Shown one piece after another: positions 52,828 to 64,000 of a DNA stretch of 64,000 nucleotides. The notes under the pieces are model-generated. The model made no database searches and was not told the origin of the DNA. It worked only from the letters and a program-made list of their open reading frames with translations. Made by a program: the position numbers and the translations under genes. Position 1 is the stretch's first letter. Every line of letters begins with the position of its first letter. Source of the DNA: Octopus sinensis (taxonomy: Eukaryota); assembly GCF_006345805.1 (NCBI RefSeq), contig NC_043004.1, forward strand, positions 92,690,001-92,754,000, in the 5' to 3' direction.

Positions 52828-53268
52828 GGATCTTTTCGGTTTGACCGGCAGTTTTTTTCCAGCAGTGTCATATGAAATTGTCACCCATAATTATGACCCT
52901 AGTATCGATCTATTGCATTTCAATCTGTTTTAGGATTAGGGTTAGAGTTAGGGTTAGTTAGGGTGAGGGATGAGGGGAAGGGTATCTTTTTTTTCTTCAG
53001 AAATGTAAATAAACCCAATCTGTTTCTTAAACGAAGGACATATTCATACGGCACAGAATGTTTTTTTTCCTCAATAGACGTCATTGATTGGTTGAAATTG
53101 AAGAAATTGAAGAAAAAACAACAAATATCTTACAAACTATAGGATTTTCTCAATAAAGCCAAGAGAAAAAGATGTTTTATAAACACATTCTACCAGTGTA
53201 CGAAGTCTAAAAGTGTTTAGTTACGTGGAAATTATTTTTAAAAACTGCTGGTCAAACCTAAAAGATCC
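52828..53268. mobile_element. Merlin-like MITE with internal TTAGGG-like repeats
   Basis: 29-bp TIRs starting GGATCTTTT with two mismatches; 8-bp TSD tttctctt (52820-52827, 53269-53276). Confidence 0.8.
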
Positions 53269-53522
53269 TTTCTCTTTAAATAATCTAGTGAAAATTAGAA
53301 AAGTTTCTGGTCAGAAGAAATTTAAAATCCAAATAATTTAACTCGGCCTTACAAAAGGAAACCTCGCAGAGTCATACGAGCGTCAGTCAGGGCTGTTTAC
53401 ATCAAGGGAGGTGACTCCATTCGTTGGCGTTGAGCAAACAGCATTACAGCATCATAGTTAAACATCGTTTGTCTTCCCTTGTCTTCAGTTCAAGGGGCGA
53501 GTTTGTTGTAGCTCTCTCTCTT

Positions 53523-53560
<38 letters not shown>

Positions 53561-53982
53561 GCACTCATACACAGACACACACGCACGCACACACACACAA
53601 GAGCTAGAATATCATATAAAGGGAAGCAACTCACCCACACTGATGTTGGGCAAGCTGCATTTAAGTTACATATCATTTATCTTCCTTTGTTTTTGTTTTT
53701 TTATTTTTTCAGCGCTTTCTTCCTCTCTTTCCCTCCCATTTTCTCTGATTTTCTTATTATCTATCTTTCACTTTCTCTTTGCCGTCACATTCATCGCTTT
53801 GCTCTCGGAAATTCTACGGTGCTGTTGTACTGCACTGATTACCCCTATGCAAACATCCCGAACCTTACACGTCAGAATTAGTCCCCTGTGGCCATACACA
53901 TACAACCACGACCTAGCACGTATGTATGTATGTATGTATGTATGTATGTATGTATGTATGTATGTATGTATGTATGTATGTA

Positions 53983-54017
<35 letters not shown>

Positions 54018-54566
54018 ATGTATGTATACTAATATATACATATATATATATATACATATATATATATACATGTATGTATATATATCTATCTATCTATATA
54101 TATATAAATATGTATATATATATGCATATATATATATGCATATATGTGTATGTGTGTGTATGTATGTATGTATGTATGTATATAATATAAATAATAAACG
54201 ATATACAATGCATTCGGAAAAAATATTGTCCTAGAATGAATATAAAGAATCCCCTTGTTATTGAAAACATACACAAATATCAGCGCAAAGAATGTATGTA
54301 TACAACGGGCTTCTTTCAGTTTCTGTGTACCAATCTACTCACAAGACTTTAGTCGGCCCAACGCTATAATAGAAGACACTTGCCCAAGATGTCACATACG
54401 AGACTAGAAAAAAAGCCAACAACTGATGAAGGGTCGTTCTTTATATTGTTTGTTTTGTTTTCCATTTGTGTTTTTTGTTGTTTGAAAGAATAGTTCATGT
54501 TCCATGTACTTGTGCTTCATACTTTCTTGTTGTACACATTTCATGACGTCCTCTACCCACATATGC

Positions 54567-55132
54567 ATCATCATCATCATCATCATCATCATCGTTTAAC
54601 GTCCGTTCTCCATGCTAGCATGGGTTGGATGGTTCGACCGGGGATCTGGGAAGCCAGAAGGCTGCACCAGGCTCCGGGCTTATCTGGCAATGTTTCTACA
54701 GCTGGATGTCCTTCGTAACGCCAACCACTCCGTGAGTGTAGTGGGTGCTTCTTACGTGCCACCTGCACTGGAGCTAGGGGAGGCTGGCATCGGCCACGGT
54801 CGGATTGGTGCATTTTACGTGCCACCTGCACGGAAGCCAGTCGAGGCGGCACTGGCTTCGGCCACGATTCAGATGGTGCTTTTTACGTGCCACCGACACG
54901 GAAGCCAGTCGAGGCGGCACTGGCTTCGGCCACGATTCAGATGGTGCTTTTTACGTGCCACCGACACAGAAGCCAGTCGAGGCGGCACTGGCTTCGGCCA
55001 CGATTCAGATGGTGCTTTTTACGTGCCACCGACACGGAAGCCAGTCGAGGCGGCACTGGCTTCGGCCACGATTCAGATGGTGCTTTTTACGTGCCACCGA
55101 CACGGAAGCCAGTCGAGGTGGCGCTGGCATCG
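54567..55132 (-). mobile_element. RTE 3'-UTR-derived segment with 68-bp tandem expansion
   Basis: Reverse complement of the UTR at 55975-56297; 68-bp units start at 54807, 54875, 54943, 55011, 55079. Confidence 0.85.
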
Positions 55133-55155
55133 CATATATATATATATATATATAA

Positions 55156-56297
55156 CTGATAATATAGCTTTCATGTGCGGCAGATGCTCAGGGACAATAG
55201 ACACCACAGATACTCAGAAAACAGATTCCATCACACTCCAGGGGGAGAAACTAGTAGTAGTTGATAGTTTCCGCTACCTGGGTGACCAAGTTAGTAGTGG
55301 AGGTGGATGCTCAGAGAGTGTCGGCACTAGAATACGAATAGCCTGGGCAAAGTTTAGAAAGCTCCTACCCCTACTGGCGACAAAGGGTCTCTTGCTCAGA
55401 GAGAAAGGTAGATTCTATGATGCATGTGTGCGAACTGCCATGCTTCACGGTAGTAAAACATGGGCCGTGACTGCAGAGGACATGCGTAGACTTGAAAGAA
55501 ATGAAGCTAGCATGATCCGCTGGATGTGTAATGTCAGTGTGCGTGCACGACAGAGTGTAAGCACCCTGAGAGAAATGCTGGACATAAGAAGCATCAGATG
55601 TGGTGGCGAGAGTGACGCTTGCGATGGTATGGTCATGTACTGCGGATGGATGAAGAGAGATGTGTGAAGAAGTGCCGCAGTTGAAGGTATCAGGGGGAGA
55701 GGTAGACCCAGAAAGACATGGGATGAGGTAGTCAAGCATGACCTCAGAGCGTTAGGCCTCACAGAGGCAATGGCGAAGGACCGAGATCTCTGGAGATATG
55801 CTGTGACTGCAAAGACCCGGGCTGCTTCCTGCACTAGTTCCACATAGACCCTGCCCATTCAAAGTACTTTGGATTCCAGAACATCCCGCTGTGCTTGAGG
55901 AGACCTATTGAGTCAAGTACATGAACATGAACATCGAAATAAATATCAATGGAAATAGTAGCTGTGATACTTGTGCCGGTGGCATATAAAAATCACCATC
56001 TGAACGTGGCCGATGCCAGCGCTGCCTTGACTGGCTTCCGTGCCGGTGGCACGTTAAAAGCGCCAACTGATCGTGGCCGATTCCAGACTCCCCTGGCACC
56101 TGTGCCGGTGACACGTAAAAAGCACCCACTACACTCGCGGAGTGGTTGGTGTTAGGAAGGGCATCCAGCTGTAGAAACACTGCCAGATCAGACTGGAGCC
56201 TGGTGCAGCCCCTGGCTTCCCAGACCCCAGTAGAACCGTCCAACCCGTGCTAGCATGGAAAACGGACGCTAAACGATGATGATGATGATGATGACGA
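55156..56297 (+). mobile_element. 5'-truncated RTE-clade LINE with 3' UTR and (GAT)n tail
   Basis: VVDSFRYLGD...RIRIAWAKF...YDACVRTAMLHGSKTW...RGRPRKTW; UTR-only copies at 57583-57768 and 62683-62873. Confidence 0.9.
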
Positions 56298-56484
56298 TGA
56301 ATGCCACGCATCCTCTTCCAAATAAGTTTTATCTTATATGATGATGATATATATATATATATATATATATAAGGATTTTTCAACTTATCTCTTTGCATAT
56401 GTTAGAAGCTTTACTTTTTGTTTATTATTATACTCGCATGCACGCATGCAAACACACATACACACATATATATAATATACATGG

Positions 56485-56873
56485 ATGGAATGGAAGCACT
56501 CCGTCGGTTACGACGACGAGGGTTCCGGTTGATCCAAATCAACGGAACAGCCTGCTCGTGAAATTAACGTGTAAGTGGCTGAGCACTCCACAGACACGTG
56601 TACCCTTAACGTAGTTCTCGGGGATATTCAGCGTGACACAGAGAGTGACAAGGCCGACCCTTTGAAATACAGGTACAACAGAAACAGGAAGTAAGAGTGA
56701 GAGAAAGTTGTGGTGAAAGAGTACAGCAGGGATCACCACCATCCCTGCCGGAGCCTCGTGGAGCTTTAGGTGTTTTTGCTCAATAAACACTCACAACGCC
56801 CGATCTGAGAATCGAAACCGCGATCCTATGACCGCGAGTCCGCTGCCCTAACCACTGGGCCATTGCGCCTCCA
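56485..56873 (-). mobile_element. SINE group B, tail 1
   Basis: Full length; TSD ataatatacat. Confidence 0.9.
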
Positions 56874-56899
56874 CATAATATACATACATACATGCCCAC

Positions 56900-57350
56900 A
56901 TACATACGTACATAATGCATTTTTTATATACTTTTATTTTTCAAAATTAATATAAACAAAGTTGTTTTTAATCTAAAATGTGCTCTCCATCATTTTCTAC
57001 AATGCTCTTCCATCTACCTGATAGACTTGCAAGGCCCCTCCTCCAAAATTCACTTGTCCATGACGAGTCCACACTTCTCTTAACAAAGTGAAAGGTCCTG
57101 CCAGAGGACCCTGGTCAACCTGGACGAGATGATGTAGACTTCTCTCTAGTGAATTGCACAATCACTCTATTAATTGTACAAAGTGAGATCCCAAGGTTGT
57201 CTACTATTTTACCCTGACTAAGACCACCATCAAATTGACCCACAATAAGGCCTCTTTGAAATTAGGACAGTTCCAATGGTTCTTTTGTATGTGGCATGAT
57301 TAAACAGTCACATATAGAATGTGAAACATAGAAATGTCAATTAATAAAAA
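56900..57350 (-). mobile_element. Deleted mariner derivative
   Basis: EFWRRGLASLSGRWKSIVENDGEHILD* resembles a mariner C-terminus. Confidence 0.6.
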
Positions 57351-57446
57351 ATAGAAACCTCTCTTCAAGTTAAAATAAACATAAAACGATGTTTTATGTG
57401 GTGTCTTTTTAATTCTGTCATATCTGTGTGTGTGTATGCATATATG

Positions 57447-57480
<34 letters not shown>

Positions 57481-57770
57481 TGTATGTATGTATGCATATA
57501 TATATATACATATATGTATATATATACATATACTGTATGTATATATATGCATGTATGTATATATATACATATACTTACCCTCGTGCCGGTGGCACGTAAA
57601 AGCACCCACTACACTCAGAGTGGTTGGCATTAGGAAGGGCATCCAACTGTAGAAACTCTGCCAGATCAGATTGGAGTCTGGTTCGCCAGACCTCAGTCAA
57701 ATCGTCCAACCTATGCTAGTATGGAAAGCTGACATTAAATGATGATGATGATGATGATGATGATGATGTA

Positions 57771-59059
57771 TATAATATAAATAATAAATAATATACAATG
57801 TATTCGGAAAAAATATTGTCCTGGAATGAATATAAAGAATCCCCTTGTTATTGAAAACATACACAAACATCAGCACAAAGAATACCGGTGGAACACTCCC
57901 ATCAAGACATCTGTCAAGTGTAAACATAACAAATTGAATTTTGATTTTTGGAAGGGCAGCTGTCCGACAGATGTGAGTATCTCTTTGAAGATCAAGGAGG
58001 AAGAAGATATCCATAGACAACTACTATATCCAGATTGTAAACTCACATTTATGCCAACAATGATTGGTGCACTTGGTGACAATCTGGATAAGCTAAGGTT
58101 TTCAGAAAAAGCAATCAATTAACTAATTCATACATTAAAAATATCATCTATAAGTGGAAGAGTAAAACTATAAAAGACTTTTCTCAAGTTTAAAATATGG
58201 CAATGTATTTGTTATCTATATTCTAATGATAAATTTTGTATCTTTGCTAGAAAATCAGAGGAAGAATTTAAATAATTAAATACAGAACAGAACATACATA
58301 CATACATGTAGGCATGCGCATTTGCAATCCAGGGACAGGAAATATCAACCAAGTATCTGATGCACAAAAGGGATAGAGATGCAGAAAAAGCCGTAAAATG
58401 TAACAACCAATGCAGACTTTGTAGAGTTCACACTGAAGATGTCACCAACATCATAAGCAGGTGTCTGAAAATATCATCACAGTATTATCTACGATGAGAC
58501 ATGACACTGTAGCTAGGACACTCTATAATGAAATCTGTCAGAAGAATAATCCCGAGGACAAAGAAATAAGAACTCACAATATGGTAAAAGCCGTAGCCCC
58601 TCATAGTAAAAAGGAATACTGGTGGAATGTACCAGTGAAGACCTCAATAAAATGCAAGTACAACAGACCTGATATGATGATTTGAGACAAAGAACAGAAA
58701 CTGTGTACAGTTATGGAAATTAGCTGTCCAGCAAATGTTAACATAAAGCTGAAGATCAGTGAAAAAGGGAGCACCTATGCTGAACTGTTGAGAAATCTGC
58801 AGTTACTCTATCCAGATTACAAGTTCAGGTTTATACCTGTAATTATTGGGGCCCTGGGATATGTAACTCACTGCCTAAATCTTGAGAAATTAGGCTTCTC
58901 AAAACCAGAAAGAAAGCTAATTCGAAGACTACAGATCCAATCCGTCATTGGAACTCAAAAAATCTGTAAAACTTTCCAGAAGTTTATAATTTAAATATAT
59001 ATGACCATGTCTAAATATGCAAGTATATGCATGGGAATACATACATAAAGCAAAACATA
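57771..59059 (+). mobile_element. Two tandem Dong/R4 C-terminal fragments plus 3' UTR
   Basis: CRLCRVHTEDVTNIISRC, MRHDTVA, NRPDMMI, EISCP...K...YAEL, FIPVIIGALG. Confidence 0.85.
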
Positions 59060-59241
59060 CAGGAGTGGTTGTGTGGTAAGTAACTTGCTAACCAACCACA
59101 TGGTTCCAGGTTCAGTCCCACTGCGTGGCATCTTGGGCAAGTGTCTTCTGCTATAGCCCCGGGCCGACCAATGCCTTGTGAGTGGATTTGGTAGACGGAA
59201 ACTGAAAGAAGCCTATCGTATATACGTATATATATATATAT

Positions 59242-59274
<33 letters not shown>

Positions 59275-59483
59275 ATGTGTTTGTGTGTCTGTGTTTGTCC
59301 CCCTAGCATTGCTTGACAACCGATGCTGGTGTGTTTACGTCCCCGTCACTTAGCGGTTCGGCAAAAGAGACCTATAGAATAAGTACTGGGCTTACAAAGA
59401 ATAAGTCCTGTGGTCGATTTGCTCGACTAAAGGCGGTGCTCCAGCATGGCCACAGTCAAATGACTGAAACAAGTAAAGAGTAT
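59060..59483 (+). mobile_element. SINE group A inserted in a Dong 3' UTR
   Basis: Matches the consensus. Confidence 0.9.
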
Positions 59484-59617
59484 ACAAATCTGCATATATA
59501 CATACAAACAAAAATACCCTATTTTTGATAAAGAAATTCCAATGGACGAGTCTTGAATCTAGGTTAGAAACCGACTTCCTCTGTTGGCAAGTAGTCATGA
59601 AATAAAACTAAACAATG

Positions 59618-59747
59618 ACATACATACATACATACACACATACATACATACATACATACATTCATACATACATACATGCATACATACATTCATACATACA
59701 TACATACACACACACACACATATATACATACATACATACATATATAA

Positions 59748-59781
<34 letters not shown>

Positions 59782-60041
59782 CTTGCATACATACATACAT
59801 AAATACATACATACATACATACACACACACATACATACATACATACATACACACACACACATACATACATACATACACACATACATACATACATACATAC
59901 TTACATACAAACATACATACATACACATATACATGCATACATTCATACATACATACATACATACATACAAACATACATACATACATACATACACACATAC
60001 ATACATACATACACACATACATGCATTCATACATACATTCA

Positions 60042-60072
<31 letters not shown>

Positions 60073-60147
60073 CTACATACATACATACATACAAACATGC
60101 ATACATACATACATACATACATACATACATACATACATGCATACATA
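59618..60147. repeat. (CATA)n array
   Basis: Directly visible. Confidence 0.97.
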
Positions 60148-60348
60148 AATAAACTGCAACCGGAAGCGACAAGTCATGTCTTTCGCGTGGGAAACTATTT
60201 ATTATCAATACAATGAATACTATTTCCAACTTTGAAGCCACAATTGTCAGCTTTGTTAAATAACTGGTGATACAAGCAAATCAAGTGAAGGAGCTGGTTA
60301 TATAAGACCAACTGAAACTTGAATTTACCAGGCAGAGAGTTACTGGGA

Positions 60349-60731
60349 AAAGCACTCCGTCGGTTACAACGATGAGGGTTCCGGTTGATCCGAATCAACA
60401 GAACAGCCTGCTCCTGAAATTAACGTGTAAGTGGCTGAGCACTCCACAGACATGTGCACCCTTAACGTAGTTCTCGGGGATATTCAGCGTGACACAGAGA
60501 GTGACAAGGCCGGCCCCTTGAAATACAGGTACGACAGAAACAGGAAGTAAGAGTGAGAGAAAGTTGTGGTGAAAGAGTACAGCAGGAATCACCACCATCC
60601 CCTGCCGGAGCCTTGTGGAGCTTTTAGGTGTTTTCGCTCAATAAACACTCACAACGCCTGGTCTGGGAATCGAAAACGCGATCCTATGACCGCGAGTCCA
60701 CTGTCCTAACCACTGGGCCATTGCACCTCCT
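60349..60731 (-). mobile_element. SINE group B, tail 1
   Basis: TSD agagagttact. Confidence 0.9.
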
Positions 60732-60941
60732 AGAGAGTTACTACATACAACATGGTTGGACACAATATCAACAACACAACTGAAGAACAAACTGAAAACA
60801 ACAGTTCAACAGGAAAAACAGATTCTTTCTATCTGCAGTTATAGAAGAAACCATAACTACATTATCCTTTAAGTATATATGAGCATGTCTAGACATGCAA
60901 CTATATGCATGGGAATACATGCATAAAACAAAACATACAAA

Positions 60942-61106
60942 TAGGCGCAGGGGTGGCTGTGTGGTAAGTAGCTTGTTTACCAGCCACATGGTTCCGGGTT
61001 CAGTCCCACTGCGTGGCACCTTGGGCAAGTGTCTTCTACTACAGCCTCGGGCCAACCAAAACCTTGTGAGTGGATTTGGTAGACGGAAACTGAAAGAAGC
61101 CCGTCG

Positions 61107-61145
<39 letters not shown>

Positions 61146-61350
61146 TTGTGTGTCTGTGTTTGTCTCCCTAGCATTGCTTGACAACCGATGCTAGTGTCTT
61201 TATGTCCCCGTTACTTAGCGGTTCGGCAAAAGAGACCGATAGAATAAGTACTGGGCTTACAAAAGAATAAGTCCCGAGGTCAAGTTGCTCGATTAAAGGC
61301 GGTGCTCCAGTATGGCCACAGTCAGATGACTGAAACAAGTAAAAGAGTAA
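60942..61350 (+). mobile_element. SINE group A inserted in a second Dong 3' UTR copy
   Basis: Matches the consensus; different diagnostic variants from the 59060 copy. Confidence 0.9.
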
Positions 61351-61374
61351 ATCTGCATACATACATACATACAT

Positions 61375-61860
61375 ACTTAAAACTTTATGCAAAGAAAATG
61401 CATGAAATGAAAAAGAGCCTTGACCTAGTTACAACATTCTCAAAGGATGTAGAGTTAGAGTTTGGTCAGAATAAATGTTATATGGTTGTGAAAAGGGGTA
61501 AAACTATAAACCAGACTGGTAACATCTCTATCAATTATTTGACTGTCTCCCCTATATTTGACGAAGAATGTTACAGGTATCTAGGAGTAGATGAAAATAT
61601 ATCTTACAATGACACCTGTAACAAAACATGTGCCACTAAAGAATATTACATCTGAATAAAGAAAATTTGGACCTCAGAACTCTCTGTATTCAATAAAACA
61701 GTGGCCCAGAATGTGTTAGCAGTGCCAGTACTCATACCAACATTTGGACTGCTTGATTGAATGCTTGATGAGATCTGAGCCATTGATGTGAAAACCCAAA
61801 AATACTAACAAGCACACATATATTTTCCACATATACAGTGACATAGACTGCTCCATATTT
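61375..61860 (+). mobile_element. Dong/R4 RT fragment
   Basis: LKLYA...FSKDVELEFGQNKC...YRYLGVDE...KEYY..IKKIWTSEL..NK...NVLAVPVL. Confidence 0.85.
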
Positions 61861-62197
61861 CTAAGAAGCTCGCTTCCCAACCACATGATTCCAGGATCAG
61901 TTCCACTGCATGGCACCTTGGGCAATTGTCTTCTACTATAGCCTCAAGTTGACCAAAGGCTTCTGAGTGGATTTAATAGACAGAAACTACTTATTACTGA
62001 AACAAATAATAGATAACAGATATACATGTGCATGTGTGTGTCATATGTATATATACTCTGTGTGTGTATGTGTACACACACACTAACACATTCACATATA
62101 TGCATACAGACTGGTTGCTCCCCATAATCTACATAATTCGAAAATTCCTCTCTAAACACAGTAAGTTTCACATTTACTTAAATTCACTATACTGAAG

Positions 62198-62578
62198 TGG
62201 AGGCGCAATGGCCCAGTGGTTAGGGCAGCAGACTCGCAATCATAGGATCACAGTTTCGATTACAAGACCGGGCATTGTGAGTGTTTATTGAGCAAAAACA
62301 CCTAAAGCTCCACGAGGCTGCGACAAGGGGTAGTGGTGAACCCTGCTGTACTCTTTCACCACCACTTTCTCTCATTCTTTCTTCCTGTTTCTGTTAAACC
62401 TGTGTTTCAAAGGGCCAGACTTGTCACACTCTGTGTCATGCTGAATCTCCCCGAGAACTACATTAAGGGCACACGTGTCTGTGGAGTGCTCAACCACTTG
62501 CACATTAATTTCATAAGCAGGCTGTTCTATTGATTGGATCAACTGGAACCCTCATCGTCGTAACCGATGGAGTGCCAC
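62198..62578 (+). mobile_element. SINE group B, tail 1, older copy
   Basis: Full length; TSD-like actat(a/g)ctgaa. Confidence 0.88.
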
Positions 62579-62927
62579 GACTATGCTGAAAGAAATCGAC
62601 AATACTGAGTAGTATTAACACAACACAACAGAAAGTGTTCAGTCAAGAGCTTATTTTTTGTATCACACATTTTTTACGCAATGTGCGGGTGGCACATAGA
62701 AAGCACCCACTACACTCACGGAGTGGTTGGCGTTAGGAAGGGCATCCAGGTGTAGAAACATTGCCAGATAAGACCGGAGCCTGGTGCAGCCTCCTGGCTT
62801 CCCAGATCCCCGGGAGAACCGTCCAACCCATGCTAGCATGGAAAACAGACGTTAAACGATGATGATGATGATGTTATAAAGTAATGAACTACAGTTTATA
62901 CATATACAACATACATAAACAGATGGG

Positions 62928-62958
<31 letters not shown>

Positions 62959-64000
62959 ACATACACAGACACACACACACCTCATGAATCTAGGTGAATT
63001 ATTTGGAATGGGTGTGTCTTTTTATAATTATTAACATGAGTAAACTAGTACATGCACATGCGTGCTCACACACACACACACACAGTTGTAAATACAACTG
63101 ATTAACAATTAATTTGTAGTATAAATCAATTAATTAGCTGTGTATTTAACATGACCAACATTAAACAAAATCTCTTACAATGTTTCATTATAGCATTTTT
63201 CATTTCTGTATCAGTAAAATCAATAAACTTCGTGTCATGCCTTATGTCCCAGTCAATTTACTTTGGGGGTGTTTTTAAGGATTCTTTGAAAACTGAAATG
63301 TCATCACGTAAAAGGTAAAGATCTTGTACTTTTTATTTTTTAGGGCCTAGTCAGATGAAGGGCAATGCATCCAGGGTCCTTTCCTGGTCTCCTGTGACTG
63401 GTATGATGGAAGAAGGAAGTAAAGAATCCTCAGGTTGGAGAGGTGCCTCCAAATGATTGCAACAGATTAGAGGCTGCTAAAAATATCCCAGAGTCAAACG
63501 GTGGTGTCAGATAAGGTGCTAGATAAAGTCTACCCCTTGAGATTAGAAATATTCTACTCAAGGCACTTCCACATTATTTCTATGGACCCCATTTCACTCA
63601 AAAGGCTTTAATCAGCTCAAGGCTATGGTAAGAGACACTTGCCCACAGTTCCACACAGTGGGACAGAACCCAGATCCTGGAGCCATGTGGTTAGGGAACA
63701 AGCTGCTTACCACATAGCTATTAGACCAGAAATTTGTGGGGTCAAAACAGTCAAGTTTATTAACCTCAGAACTTAATTGGTACTTTATTTTATTGACTCT
63801 GGAAGGATGAAAGGCAAAAGTTGAATTCAACAGATTTGAAGCATCAACATCAATAGTAGAAATAAACACTGCATGGCATATTGTTTAATGTTCAGTTGAT
63901 TCTGTTCCTAACATTGACACAAGGCCACAGATTTGAGTACAGATGTGCAATCGATTGAATCAGTACTGGTATTTTGTCTTTGTAGCAGAACACTTTATTC

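Noticed and set aside
53424-54032. 202-aa hydrophobic ORF
   Set aside because: Built from (CT)n, T-rich and (TATG)n tracts plus a small repeat also found inverted at 52195-52265.
54612-55667. 351-aa ORF with internal repeats
   Set aside because: Antisense RTE UTR array read through (TA)n into a truncated RTE fragment; not a host gene.

Overview
AT-rich, microsatellite-dense animal genomic DNA. The SINE, LINE and simple-repeat complement points to a coleoid cephalopod, probably Octopus (inference from recognised repeats). Nearly all ORFs in the supplied track are microsatellite or repeat artefacts. Manual translation shows two + strand exons of a host gene that the track does not call as such: an EGF-CFC (Cripto/Cryptic/one-eyed-pinhead family, Nodal co-receptor) gene. 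Exon 7488-7636 encodes the end of the EGF-like domain and a complete CFC domain, and a phase-matched terminal exon 13193-13389 encodes a GPI-anchor-like C-terminus. I could not find the 5' exons in the window. The rest is decayed mobile DNA: three tRNA-like SINE groups, one with three interchangeable tails; Dong/R4, RTE, CR1 and Tx1-like LINE fragments; Penelope-like GIY-YIG fragments; mariner, DD37D and Tc1 elements; a Chapaev3-like transposase relic; a Merlin-like MITE; and a possible Helitron end. The most notable non-coding signal is a set of sequence-unrelated minimal hammerhead-ribozyme motifs of the Penelope type with palindromic, dimer-requiring stem III, several in fold-back structures within or just downstream of the EGF-CFC gene. 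All calls were made by eye and repeat boundaries are approximate.
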